This document shows, piece by piece, positions 48,777 through 58,071 of a stretch of 64,000 bases of DNA. Source of the stretch: an uncultured delta proteobacterium (GTDB lineage: Bacteria > Desulfobacterota > Syntrophorhabdia > Syntrophorhabdales > WCHB1-27); the NCBI GenBank assembly GCA_963810935.1, contig CAWEPK010000008.1, forward strand, positions 96,001-160,000, read 5' to 3'. The translations under genes and the position numbers were made by a program. The notes under the pieces are model-generated. The model made no database searches. It saw nothing but the letters and a program-made list of their open reading frames with translations, and was not told where the DNA came from. The number at the start of each line of letters is the position of its first letter. Position 1 is the first letter of the stretch.

Positions 48777-49187
48777 CTACTCCGGCTTGAGCAGGTTCTT
48801 GACGAAGGTCTCGAAACCCGTCTTGAGCCCAGCCCGCAGGCCGCACACCGACGCCACTGTTTCCGACCCAAGGCCCTGGACGGCCTTGCCTATATCCCGC
48901 ACGCTGTCCGCCACTTCCAGCACGGCCTTCCCTGCATCCTTGAACGACCCGGTAAGGGCCTTCACGTCGCCTGCCGTGCCGCCCACGGTGTCTGTAATGA
49001 CCCGAAAGCTCCTAAGGCTCTCGTTGACCTCTCCTGCGACCCCTTTAAGGGTCCGGTCCGTTGTTTCCAGGAATTCTTCAACCGATGCTGCCGTTTCCGA
49101 CAGCTTCGTGGCTAACCGCACCACGAAGATTACGATCACAACGACCGCCGCCGTTATTATGCCGAGAAACACCTCGTTGATTGTCAT
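48777..49187 (-). CDS. DUF948 (YoxC-like) membrane-anchored coiled-coil protein
   Basis: N-terminal transmembrane helix then a heptad-rich helix; paired with YtxH. Confidence 0.7.
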   Translation of the reverse strand: MTINEVFLGIITAAVVVIVIFVVRLATKLSETAASVEEFLETTDRTLKGVAGEVNESLRSFRVITDTVGGTAGDVKALTGSFKDAGKAVLEVADSVRDIGKAVQGLGSETVASVCGLRAGLKTGFETFVKNLLKPE

Positions 49188-49401
49188 CCCCGCCACCCCT
49201 CCCTTCAGGAAATTTAACCGCTCCGTAGCCGCCCGGCAACAATTATTCGGGCCGGACAACACCCTTTCTACAAAAATAACTATTTTCCGCTTCTATGTAA
49301 AGGGCGGACCCCGCCGTCAAGCCAAAAGGCAATTACGGCTGATTCTTGAAAACGGGGCACGAATGGATTATGGTAATGATCACTGGAGGAATTAAAACCG
49401 C

Positions 49402-50127
49402 ATGACGAAAATAACCGAATCGCTTTTCATGATACCCGGCCGCGACGAGATGATACCCGATGCCCATGTTTACCTGATCGGTAAGCCGGGGTCGGACGAC
49501 CTTTCGCTTGTCGATGCAGGGCTGATGGGCCACGGAGCGTACAAGCTGAAAGAGATCGCCGCCGATGGCGTGAAGCCCACGGATATAAAGCGGATAATCA
49601 TGACCCATACCCACCTGGACCATATCGGCTGCCTCAAGGAGCTGCTGGACGCCATGCCAAAAGCTGAGGTCTGGGTGCACGAGAACGAGGCGGGGCCGCT
49701 GGAGGCGGGCGACGACAGGACCGTCTACGGCATGGACATGTTCAAGCAGATGTGCCAGATGCAGTACCGCCTCAAAGAAGGGGATTTCAAGTTCAAGGTC
49801 GATAGATATCTCAAGGAAGGCGACGAGCTGAACCTGGACGGAGGGACATGGACTGTCCTGCACATACCCGGCCACTCGGCCGGCGGAATAGCGCTGTGGG
49901 ACGCTGTGAACGGTATTTTGATTCCGGGCGACGTCGTTTACGCGGATAACAGCATCGGGCGGTTCGACCTTCACGGCGCCGACGCCGGAGCGCTCGCCGC
50001 ATCGCTAACCAGACTCGGCGGCCTCGACGTAAAGGTGCTTCTGCCCGGCCATAACCGCATCGTCAAGAGCGTGCCCAAGGGCTACATTACGGCAGTGGCG
50101 CGGCAGTGGGCCCCTTATCTCAGGTAA
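49402..50127 (+). CDS. Metallo-beta-lactamase-fold hydrolase
   Basis: THTHLDH, PGHS, GD, PGH. Confidence 0.9.
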   Translation: MTKITESLFMIPGRDEMIPDAHVYLIGKPGSDDLSLVDAGLMGHGAYKLKEIAADGVKPTDIKRIIMTHTHLDHIGCLKELLDAMPKAEVWVHENEAGPLEAGDDRTVYGMDMFKQMCQMQYRLKEGDFKFKVDRYLKEGDELNLDGGTWTVLHIPGHSAGGIALWDAVNGILIPGDVVYADNSIGRFDLHGADAGALAASLTRLGGLDVKVLLPGHNRIVKSVPKGYITAVARQWAPYLR

Positions 50128-50163
50128 CGAAACCCCCGGCCCACCTCGTTCCAGGGGTTTCGT
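50127..50163. terminator. Inverted repeat between convergent genes
   Basis: ACGAAACCCC...GGGGTTTCGT. Confidence 0.5.
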
Positions 50164-50164
50164 C

Positions 50165-50524
50165 TTAGCCCTTGCGGGCGTTCATTTCCGACTTTTCCTT
50201 TTCGTACGCTGCCCTGCCCGCGTCTATCGCGGCGGCCAGAAGCGGTTTCTGCTCCCTGACCAAGTCCCTGCCCCGGTCCAGCGTAGCGCCCATCATGCCC
50301 AGCAGCCGCCCGTAAGCGGAGCCTACTCTCTCCTTCGTCTCGTGCGACGCCTCCTGTAGCTGCCGCCTGGTCCTGTACCCGGACTGCGGCGTCAAAAGCA
50401 GCGCGGCCCCAGCCCCCAGCACGCACCCCAGCGCAAAGAAGATCGCCCGCGACATGGCGACGTGCCCCCTGTAGGCTATGTAATGCTCCGACCCTACGAC
50501 CGTGTATCCTTCTTCACCTGTCAT
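50165..50524 (-). CDS. YtxH domain protein (second copy)
   Basis: FALGCVLGAGAALLLTPQSGYRTR; AAIDAGRAAY. Confidence 0.82.
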   Translation of the reverse strand: MTGEEGYTVVGSEHYIAYRGHVAMSRAIFFALGCVLGAGAALLLTPQSGYRTRRQLQEASHETKERVGSAYGRLLGMMGATLDRGRDLVREQKPLLAAAIDAGRAAYEKEKSEMNARKG

Positions 50525-50593
50525 CTGAAGCCTCCTTGCTTTCAGTTTATCACAACCCGCGCGAGGCGCAAAATTATTGCGCCTGCGCCGCCG

Positions 50594-50728
50594 TCACCGG
50601 ACCAGCCCGAGCACGCCGGTCACAATCAGGTAAACGGCGACTATGAAGCTAAGGAGCCTTGGAATAAGGAGGATCAATATCCCGGCTATCAGTGTTATCA
50701 GGGGTTGAAGCGTCAGATGGATGTACAC
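50594..50728 (-). CDS. DUF3096 small membrane protein (44 aa, not in the ORF track)
   Basis: GGAGG ribosome-binding site + GTG; MYIHLTLQPLITLIAGILILLIPRLLSFIVAVYLIVTGVLGLVR. Confidence 0.85.
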   Translation of the reverse strand: MYIHLTLQPLITLIAGILILLIPRLLSFIVAVYLIVTGVLGLVR

Positions 50729-50778
50729 GAAGCCTCCGCGCCGGCAATGTCCCTGTAAATCGTTACCTTCCCGTCTTC

Positions 50779-50952
50779 TTATACGGGCGGCATAGGCGTC
50801 CGCCTCCCGAACAGCAAAGAGACGATGAAAAGTATAATGAAAACGAAGAACAGGATCTTAGCTATCCATATGGAAGTGCCCGCAATTCCGGTAAATCCGA
50901 ATATGCCGGCGATGATCGCAACTACGAGAAAAACTACCGCCCAGTAAAGCAT
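50779..50952 (-). CDS. DUF1328 (YtjA-like) small membrane protein (57 aa, not in the ORF track)
   Basis: GGAGG ribosome-binding site + [41 protein letters not shown]... Confidence 0.9.
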   Translation of the reverse strand: MLYWAVVFLVVAIIAGIFGFTGIAGTSIWIAKILFFVFIILFIVSLLFGRRTPMPPV

Positions 50953-51062
50953 AGCCGCCTCCTTCGCTCATACGCCTGCCGGTCGGCGGCCGGCCCGGAG
51001 CACGTGTTTATCCGGCCCGGCCTCACCGCAGGCAACGGCTTGTACTCTCTTCTACCGGCCCG

Positions 51063-51440
51063 CTATATCAACCTGAGCAGGCGAAGTATAATGAGGGCCA
51101 GGACCACGATAATCAGGATAATGATTACAGCGGTCCCGCCGTCGCCGCCCACTTTGATATCGTCCACTTTGAGTGCTATCCGATGCAACTGCTCGTCAGT
51201 CAGCGTCGAGAGGCGGGATTGTACCTCCATGGGGCTGAAACCGAGCTGGACGAACTTGTCCGCAACCACTTTCATTTCGAGGAAGGACCGGACGCGCTGT
51301 AAGTCGGCCTCCCTGCTCTGCGTGGAGACGCCGGCAAGCTGGGAGGGAGTGAATCCCGCTCCGGCGCTCTGCGCCATACCTATGACGAACACGGCCACTA
51401 CGAGGTAGGAAATCAGCATACGCTTGCAGAACAGTCTCAT
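51063..51440 (-). CDS. PA2779-like exported/membrane protein
   Basis: Signal peptide, LG.SP.EV..RL..LTDEQL, GGDG followed by a hydrophobic C-terminus. Confidence 0.75.
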   Translation of the reverse strand: MRLFCKRMLISYLVVAVFVIGMAQSAGAGFTPSQLAGVSTQSREADLQRVRSFLEMKVVADKFVQLGFSPMEVQSRLSTLTDEQLHRIALKVDDIKVGGDGGTAVIIILIIVVLALIILRLLRLI

Positions 51441-51685
51441 CCCTTCACCTCCGCAACATGATGATGATTATGAAAAGCCTAGTTTTAATATAGGTCGTCA
51501 AGTGCGGTAATCAAGATTCTCGAAATAAAGCGAAGACGCATCAGAAGGCAGATTGCTGCGCTCTGTCGGAGGGGAATGAAGATACTTGAATTAAAAGCGG
51601 GAAGCCCGGCCACAGCACCAGCGCAGCCCGCCGGGCGAAAGCCCCGTGGCCCGTTTGATACAAACCGAGGGCAATAACCGATTGC

Positions 51686-51871
51686 TTATTCTATTATGAT
51701 TGCTTCTACAGGGCAGGCGTCGGCCGCTTCCTGGCAGGAGCCCTGAAGCTCCGCCGGCACATCTTCCATCTTGGTAACCGCTACGTCGCCGTCCATCTCA
51801 AAGACCTCAGGGCAAATAGAGACGCACGTCTCGTCCCCCACGCACGCTTCCTTATCAACACTGACCTTCAT
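51686..51871 (-). CDS. Single-cluster ferredoxin
   Basis: MKVSVDKEACVGDETCVSICPEVF...AADACPVEAI. Confidence 0.9.
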   Translation of the reverse strand: MKVSVDKEACVGDETCVSICPEVFEMDGDVAVTKMEDVPAELQGSCQEAADACPVEAIIIE

Positions 51872-51914
51872 GGAAGCCTCCTTTGTCTTTTTGTACGGGA
51901 GCGGTCGCCTCCCG

Positions 51915-53252
51915 TTATTCGAGTCCCGCCTCTTTGAGGTCCGCGACGATAACTGTAAGCGCCTTGTCGGGTTGAATGTACTTGTTTGCCACCCGCTGAA
52001 TGTCCTCGCGCGTGATCGCGTTGATAATGGACGGGTACCTCTCTGCGTAATCGAGGCCGAGGCCGAAATATTCAACCTGGGCGAAGAAAGAGGCGATCCT
52101 GCCTTGAGTGCTGAACCTCTGGGGGAAACTGCCGACCAGATATTTTTTCGCCTCATCGAGCTCTTTCTCGGAGACCGGGCCGGACCGTATGCGCTCCAGC
52201 TCTTCCATCACGGCCTTGATCGCGTCCCTGGCCGATTGGTTCTTCGTCTGGAGATAAACCTGGAAAGGACCCGGATATTTTCTTCCCTCAAACATACTAC
52301 CTACCGAGTACACGAGCCCTTTTTTTATCCTGATATCTTCCATTAAACGCGAGGTGAGCCCGCCCCCGCCGAGGATATAGTTCGCTACCAGAGCAGCGTA
52401 ATAGTCCGGGTTTTCCCGGCTCAACCCGCCGCCGCCGATAACGATGCTCGACTGGGTGACGGGTTTATTGATCCTGATCGTCTCTTTTCGTTCGGCGAAC
52501 GCCACCTTTATCGGCTGCGTCGCCGGGCCTCCTTTCGGCCATTTCCGGAGACTCGGGACCAGATATCCCTTTACGGTGGCCGCGTCGATGTCGCCTACAG
52601 CGACGAAGATTGCGTTATTGGGGTTGTAATGGGCACGGTGAAAGGACTCCATCATGCCCCTTCCTATCCCCGAAACCGATTTTACCGTGCCCTCCCGTGG
52701 GTGGCCATAAGGGCCGCCCGTGTAAAGGGCTTTCATAAAGGCCCGGTCAGCCACTACGGTCGGCCGGTCCTCAGAAGCGCGTATGGCCGCCACGGCGCGC
52801 GCCATTTCCTTCTTGACCTCGTCGGCCGGGAAAGTCGGCTTCATGACTATATCCATGAAGATGGGAAACGCAGCCTCCAGGTCCTTTCTGAGCACCTTAA
52901 GGCTGACGATCGAATAATCCCTGGCCGCGTCGGCTCCCATCTGGGCGCCCAGAAAATCGAGCTCCTCGTTGATCTGCTTCAGCGAGCGGCCGGCAGCGCC
53001 TAAAAGGAGGCACGACGCAGTAACGTCCGCAAGTCCCTCCCGGCCTTCCGGGTCGTCCTTCGCGCCGGATTTTATCATAAGGCTTATCGTAACGAACGGA
53101 AGGGAGTGTTCTTCCGAGACGAGGAGTACCAGCCCGTTATCGAGCACGCTCCTTTGCACGGGGGGCAGCGCCACGGCAGTCCCCATCGCCGCGCAGACGA
53201 AGAAGACGACCGCAAGCACAAGGAGAACCGATTTCTTCGCAGATACGGACAT
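51915..53252 (-). CDS. M16 peptidase, non-catalytic subunit
   Basis: LDNGL, GLADVTASCL (no HxxEH), NYILGGGGLTSRL, GLVY. Confidence 0.88.
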   Translation of the reverse strand: MSVSAKKSVLLVLAVVFFVCAAMGTAVALPPVQRSVLDNGLVLLVSEEHSLPFVTISLMIKSGAKDDPEGREGLADVTASCLLLGAAGRSLKQINEELDFLGAQMGADAARDYSIVSLKVLRKDLEAAFPIFMDIVMKPTFPADEVKKEMARAVAAIRASEDRPTVVADRAFMKALYTGGPYGHPREGTVKSVSGIGRGMMESFHRAHYNPNNAIFVAVGDIDAATVKGYLVPSLRKWPKGGPATQPIKVAFAERKETIRINKPVTQSSIVIGGGGLSRENPDYYAALVANYILGGGGLTSRLMEDIRIKKGLVYSVGSMFEGRKYPGPFQVYLQTKNQSARDAIKAVMEELERIRSGPVSEKELDEAKKYLVGSFPQRFSTQGRIASFFAQVEYFGLGLDYAERYPSIINAITREDIQRVANKYIQPDKALTVIVADLKEAGLE

Positions 53253-53260
53253 GATTACAC

Positions 53261-54661
53261 CTATCGCTCGATCTGCCCCTTCATCGGGGACCCCGGCGGC
53301 ACCGGCTTCTGCTCGGCCGACGGTATGGGGATTAGGCGGGCGCTTACGCAGTTGTCGGGCACGAGGTACTTACGCGCCACTCTTTGCACGTCTTTCGCCG
53401 TGACCGCCCGGATGTTAGGGACGTAACGGTCGAGGTCGCGCCACGAAGAGACTATCTCGTATGAAGCAAGCAGCATCCCCTGTGCGAAAAGCGAGTCCTG
53501 CTCGAACGTGAACCCCGCCTCCAACTGGTTTTTTGCCTTTTGAAGCTCGCGCTCGTCTACAATCCCTTTCTGCAGAAGCTCTATCTCGCTCGTGAGTGCC
53601 TTTTCGACCATATCGATGTCAACGCCCGGCAATACGTCCGCGGATACGGAGAAAAGGCTCGGGTCTTTGGAGACGATATCGTTGTCCGCCGAAACGGAAA
53701 GGGCCAGGTGCTTCTCACGCACGAGGGAGCGCTGGAGCCTGGAGCTTTCGCCGGCAGAAAGCAGCGCCGCCGCCACCTCGAGGGCATAGCTGTCCGGGTC
53801 CTTCACGTTCGGCACATGGAAGGCTTTTACAACGGAAGCGAGCTGGGCCTCTTTTCTTACGATTATCCTGCGCTCGCCCGCCTGCGGCTCCTCGATGTCT
53901 TTTTTCTGGTCGGGCGCGATACCGGGCTTGATCGGCCCGAAGGCCCCTTCCAGCAGGGGGAGCACTTTTTCCTTTTTGAAGTCGCCCGCGATCACTATAA
54001 AGGCGTTGGCGGGGACGTAATAGGTCTTGTAATGAGCCTTGAGGTCATCAAGGGTGTACCTGACGATGTCCTGCATCCACCCTATGACGGGCCAGTGGTA
54101 GGGCTGTAGGACGAAGGCGGCTGCATGAAGCTGCTCCCCGAGCACGGCCTTCGGGTTGTCGTCAGTCCTCATCCGCCGCTCTTCCATGACGACGGACCGC
54201 TCCGGCTTGAAGTCCTGCTCGCGGAGGACGAGGTTGTGCATCCTGTCCGATTCGAGCGCTATCGGGATGGCTATCCTGTCGGAGCTCATATTCTCGAAAT
54301 AGGCCGTGTAATCATGCGAAGTGAAGGCGTTATCGTTGCCCCCGTTCTGCGCGATGATGCGGGAGAACTCTTCGGCTCCGGTTTTTTCGGTGCCTTTGAA
54401 CATCATGTGCTCGAGCATGTGGGAAAGGCCGGTCTTCCCGAACACCTCGTTCCTCGACCCTACCCTGTACCATACCTGGAACGTGACGAGGGGGACCTTA
54501 TGGTTCTCTGCGAGGATGACCTTGAGACCGTTGGAGAGTGTAGCCTCGGAAACAGTGTCCGAGAGCGCGGCCAGGCATGGTGAAGAGAAGCAGAGCGCCG
54601 CCGCCAGGACAGGCCAGACAGCAAACCTCAATACTCGTGCACGCGGCCCTAGGCATGACAT
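53261..54661 (-). CDS. M16 peptidase, catalytic subunit
   Basis: HMLEHMMFKGT, NAFTS.DYTAY, VVMEERR; start moved because the TTG at 54700 is the -35 box. Confidence 0.92.
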   Translation of the reverse strand: MSCLGPRARVLRFAVWPVLAAALCFSSPCLAALSDTVSEATLSNGLKVILAENHKVPLVTFQVWYRVGSRNEVFGKTGLSHMLEHMMFKGTEKTGAEEFSRIIAQNGGNDNAFTSHDYTAYFENMSSDRIAIPIALESDRMHNLVLREQDFKPERSVVMEERRMRTDDNPKAVLGEQLHAAAFVLQPYHWPVIGWMQDIVRYTLDDLKAHYKTYYVPANAFIVIAGDFKKEKVLPLLEGAFGPIKPGIAPDQKKDIEEPQAGERRIIVRKEAQLASVVKAFHVPNVKDPDSYALEVAAALLSAGESSRLQRSLVREKHLALSVSADNDIVSKDPSLFSVSADVLPGVDIDMVEKALTSEIELLQKGIVDERELQKAKNQLEAGFTFEQDSLFAQGMLLASYEIVSSWRDLDRYVPNIRAVTAKDVQRVARKYLVPDNCVSARLIPIPSAEQKPVPPGSPMKGQIER

Positions 54662-54671
54662 AGTATTCTTC

Positions 54672-54700
54672 ATTGTAGGGGTAAGCGGACAGATTGTCAA
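54672..54700 (-). promoter_or_regulatory. Sigma70 promoter of the M16 operon
   Basis: TTGACA-N17-TACAAT. Confidence 0.75.
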
Positions 54701-54718
54701 GCAAAGAAGCGGCGAGAA

Positions 54719-54753
54719 AAATCAAGGGGCCGGATGTCCCGGCCCCTTGATTT
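54719..54753 (-). terminator. Intrinsic terminator after dctP
   Basis: 15-bp inverted repeat AAATCAAGGGGCCGG/CCGGCCCCTTGATTT ending in a T run on the minus strand. Confidence 0.8.
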
Positions 54754-54757
54754 ACTA

Positions 54758-55771
54758 TCAGTGAGATTTCAGGAAATCCAGGCAAAAGCTAAGGACCTGA
54801 TCCCCCGGCAGGTTCTTCGCCTTCATCGACTTCACATACTCATCCAGCAAAGGCCTTGCAGCCGCTGCCCAGCGGGCGCCTTCTGCCGCTGACAGGGGAA
54901 TGCGTTTCACGCCGTGCTTCTCGGCGAAGACATGGCCGGATTTGTCGATCGCGTCCCAGTTCTTCCCCGTCTTTTCTATCCATTCCGTATTGACCTGCTC
55001 GATAATGCCCTGGATGTCCTTGGGCAGGCTGTTCCACTTGGCCTTGTTCATGACTACGAAGAAGGCCGTCGAGTAAGCGGCCGGATAATCTTCCGTCGTG
55101 TAGGCTATCACCTCACCCAGTTTGAAGCCTTCCAGCGCCTCTTCCGGGCAAAGGATACCGTCAGCCACGCCTTTCGACAGAGAGTCGTACGACTCGGTCA
55201 TGGGCATACCGACCGGGGCCGCGCCCAGCGCCTGCGCCAGTTTCGCAGACAGGCCGGTCGACCTGATCTTAAGACCCTTCATATCCTCCAGCTTGTTGAC
55301 GGGCTTCTTTGTATGCACTATGCCGGGACCGTGGGCGTGCAGGTAGAGCACGTGGGTCTCGTCGTATTCCTTCGGTTTAAACTTGGCATAAAATGCATTG
55401 ATCATCTTCGTCGCCGCGTATCCGCTCTTGTAGCCCAACGGAAGGTCGACAGCCTCAGTCAGCGGGAACTTGCCGCGCGTGTAAGCCTGGCAGCTCAAGC
55501 CTATGTCCGCGATGCCCTTGACTACACTGTCATAGGTCTGCGCGGCCGGCGTAAGCACGGCGCCGGGATAGTAATTTATCTTCACCCTGCCGTGGGTCCG
55601 CTTCTCTACTTCTTTGCACCACTGGTCCGAGAGGACGCTGTTCGTGTGAGGCGCGGGGAAGAAGTTCGAATACTTCAGGACGATCGTTTTTTCCTGAGCT
55701 ATCGCCTGCGAGCCGAGAAGAAGGCAAAAAAGAAAGCCTGATACCAAAGCAAGAAGCCACAACTTTTTCAT
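54758..55771 (-). CDS. TRAP transporter substrate-binding protein (DctP family)
   Basis: Signal peptide; EVEKRTHGRVKI, DMKGLKIR, ALGAAPV, MNKAKWNSLP. Confidence 0.9.
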   Translation of the reverse strand: MKKLWLLALVSGFLFCLLLGSQAIAQEKTIVLKYSNFFPAPHTNSVLSDQWCKEVEKRTHGRVKINYYPGAVLTPAAQTYDSVVKGIADIGLSCQAYTRGKFPLTEAVDLPLGYKSGYAATKMINAFYAKFKPKEYDETHVLYLHAHGPGIVHTKKPVNKLEDMKGLKIRSTGLSAKLAQALGAAPVGMPMTESYDSLSKGVADGILCPEEALEGFKLGEVIAYTTEDYPAAYSTAFFVVMNKAKWNSLPKDIQGIIEQVNTEWIEKTGKNWDAIDKSGHVFAEKHGVKRIPLSAAEGARWAAAARPLLDEYVKSMKAKNLPGDQVLSFCLDFLKSH

Positions 55772-56151
55772 GTTTTCCCCCTTTCGTTGTTGAGTCGTTT
55801 CCGTGTGAAAACCGCGAGCAGATTTCGGGCTGACCCCGAACGGGATCGCCCGCTTACCGGCCCATTCAACCTATCCGATTAAGCAGATTTTAGAACCCCC
55901 GTAGTATATTACCAGCGTCCAGCGAGTTGTTCCACTATTTTCTGCGCCACGGCTATTTTTTTCCTCCGCGCAAGAATGCCCCTATTAAGCACAACCGGCC
56001 CCTGCCCGCCAGACTTTTGATTCACTTACTTCCGCAGATATACATCTATTATTACATTATGTTATAGCCAAACGTTAATGTAAGATATAAAGTATCGTCC
56101 GGAAGTTTGACCTTGCAAATTGCCGATGAAACGATCACAATTTAAAGACGA

Positions 56152-56883
56152 ATGGAAAAAGAATTCGATGCTGCGACTCTACAGCCCCTCGACGGCAAAG
56201 AAGGTCGCCGGGCCTATATTGCTGCCGGCGGCCGCGTCGTCGACGTGACGGGCAGCCGGCTCTGGCCGGCAGGCAGGCACATGGCAAGGCACAGCGCCGG
56301 GTGCGACCTGACAGCGGACCTCGCGGCAGCACCTCATGGCCCGGACGTGCTCGACCGGTATCCGCAGGTCGGCAGATTTGTAGAGAAACCGGCCGGTCCC
56401 GAGGCCGCCGCCCTCCCGCCTCTGCCGCCCCTGGTATCGGCCGTATTGAAACGCTGGCCGATGCTGCGCCGCCACCCCCACCCCGCGACAGTCCATTTCC
56501 CTATCGTGTTTTCCCTGTCTGCCGCCTTCTTCTCACTCTTATATACGGCAACGGGAAATACAACGTTCGATACGACCGCGTTCTACTGCCTTCTCGGGGC
56601 CCTGGTATTCATGCCGGCAGGCATCCTGACGGGTTTCGCAACGTGGACGATCAACTACATGGCCAGGCCCATGCGCCCCGTCAGGGTAAAGCAGTACGTT
56701 TCCTTCGCGGCGGCAATCGACCTCGCAATCGTCATTTTCTGGCGGGCATGCACGCCGTCCGTGCCCGACGTCGCATCGGCGGGCGGCATCATCTATCTTT
56801 GTCTGGTTGTAGCTCAGGCCCCCGCTATCCTGGTAGTCGCCTACCTGGGCGGCATGCTGACGTTCCCTCTGGATAAGGATTAA
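56152..56883 (+). CDS. Cytochrome b5-like + DUF2231 membrane domain protein
   Basis: DGKEGR.AYIA..G.VVDVT.S.LW..G.H...HSAG.DLT...APHG; HPATVHFP followed by four hydrophobic helices. Confidence 0.8.
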   Translation: MEKEFDAATLQPLDGKEGRRAYIAAGGRVVDVTGSRLWPAGRHMARHSAGCDLTADLAAAPHGPDVLDRYPQVGRFVEKPAGPEAAALPPLPPLVSAVLKRWPMLRRHPHPATVHFPIVFSLSAAFFSLLYTATGNTTFDTTAFYCLLGALVFMPAGILTGFATWTINYMARPMRPVRVKQYVSFAAAIDLAIVIFWRACTPSVPDVASAGGIIYLCLVVAQAPAILVVAYLGGMLTFPLDKD

Positions 56884-56947
56884 ATGACTCGGCTGCAAGC
56901 AGCAGGGTCATAAAGCAAGCGTAAGCGCCGCGCCGAGAGGGGAGGCT

Positions 56948-57814
56948 CTACGAGCTTTGCTCGTGGAGGGGGCGCTGAGCCCCAGTAATTGTTTGGTGGT
57001 GGTCGATGAACCAGTCGATCAGCCGCCTTGCTATGCTGATCTTCCCCGGCAGCTCCGGCAGGTTATCGACGCGGAACCAGCCTGCATCGACTATTTCCTT
57101 GCCGTCGATGCGCAAATCCCCTGATTCATAGCGGGCGGTAAAACCGAGCATCAGGCTGTCCGGGAACGGCCAGGGCTGGCTCCCGAAGTAGCGGATATCC
57201 GTAACTATGATCCCCGTCTCCTCTTCGACCTCCCGCCTGACCGTCTCCTCCAGCGACTCCCCGGCCTCGACGAAACCGGCCAGCACGCTGTAAAAACCCT
57301 GGGCGAAGCGGGAAGACCTGGCAAGTAATATCTCGTCGCCTCGCTCAATGCATACGATGATGGCGGGAGAAATGCGCGGGAAGATGGTTTTTCCGCAGCG
57401 CGTGCACAATTTTGCGCGCTCTTCTTTCACCGGGGCAGTCGGCGCCCCGCAGCGGCCGCAAAAACGGCTCGTTCTGTCCCATTCCGTGAGGTGGACGGCA
57501 GCCATAGCCCGTTTGAAGACATCTTCATCCAGGACGCCGAAGAGAGACCGCAAACCCTCGAAGACGCAGCCTTGCGGCGCGTCGGTATTCTCGTCAACCT
57601 CCGCGACGTAGCACGCAGCTCCGCGCAAGGTCCCCAAGGCCTGGACCGGGGAAGGAGCCAGCCCCCACGCGTCGAGGTTTTTCGCGAACGGCACGGAACC
57701 CGGGCCGTCGCCCGCTACGACAAGCAGCTTGAAGCCGGAGACGACGAACCAGAAAGCGGGCGCCTGCGCGCCCGTCTCCGTGTCATGGGGTTGTGCCTGC
57801 ATGCCGGTGACCAT
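56948..57814 (-). CDS. nudC: NADH pyrophosphatase
   Basis: FCGRCG, CTRC, Nudix box AGFVEAGESLEETVRREVEEETG, SQPWPFP. Confidence 0.94.
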   Translation of the reverse strand: MVTGMQAQPHDTETGAQAPAFWFVVSGFKLLVVAGDGPGSVPFAKNLDAWGLAPSPVQALGTLRGAACYVAEVDENTDAPQGCVFEGLRSLFGVLDEDVFKRAMAAVHLTEWDRTSRFCGRCGAPTAPVKEERAKLCTRCGKTIFPRISPAIIVCIERGDEILLARSSRFAQGFYSVLAGFVEAGESLEETVRREVEEETGIIVTDIRYFGSQPWPFPDSLMLGFTARYESGDLRIDGKEIVDAGWFRVDNLPELPGKISIARRLIDWFIDHHQTITGAQRPLHEQSS

Positions 57815-57883
57815 TATAAAAAACTACCTGCTCGCGCCCGAAAGGTCAAGTGGTCCCGTTATGGCCGCTTACTGCACCTTTTT

Positions 57884-57922
57884 CCGGTGCACCACCCGCA
57901 AAATGCGCGGGTGGTGCACCGG
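57884..57922. repeat. Perfect 16-bp inverted repeat
   Basis: CCGGTGCACCACCCGC-aaaatgc-GCGGGTGGTGCACCGG between divergent genes. Confidence 0.85.
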
Positions 57923-58071
57923 CAGGTCCGATAAAGACTGAATATCCCAACGGTTTGTGGTATAATGTAACTGCCACGTAAGCCTCTTTCGCTTTCCCGT
58001 CTTGCTCGATTTTCTCAAACGATCGATTGCCGGGCAGGCCTGAAGCGGCCGCGGACTTTACAAGGAGACGT

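Noticed and set aside
51590..51685. Structured RNA (GGGC-GAAA-GCCC hairpin) downstream of the ferredoxin
   Set aside because: Only short GC stems and no recognisable family; too little evidence.
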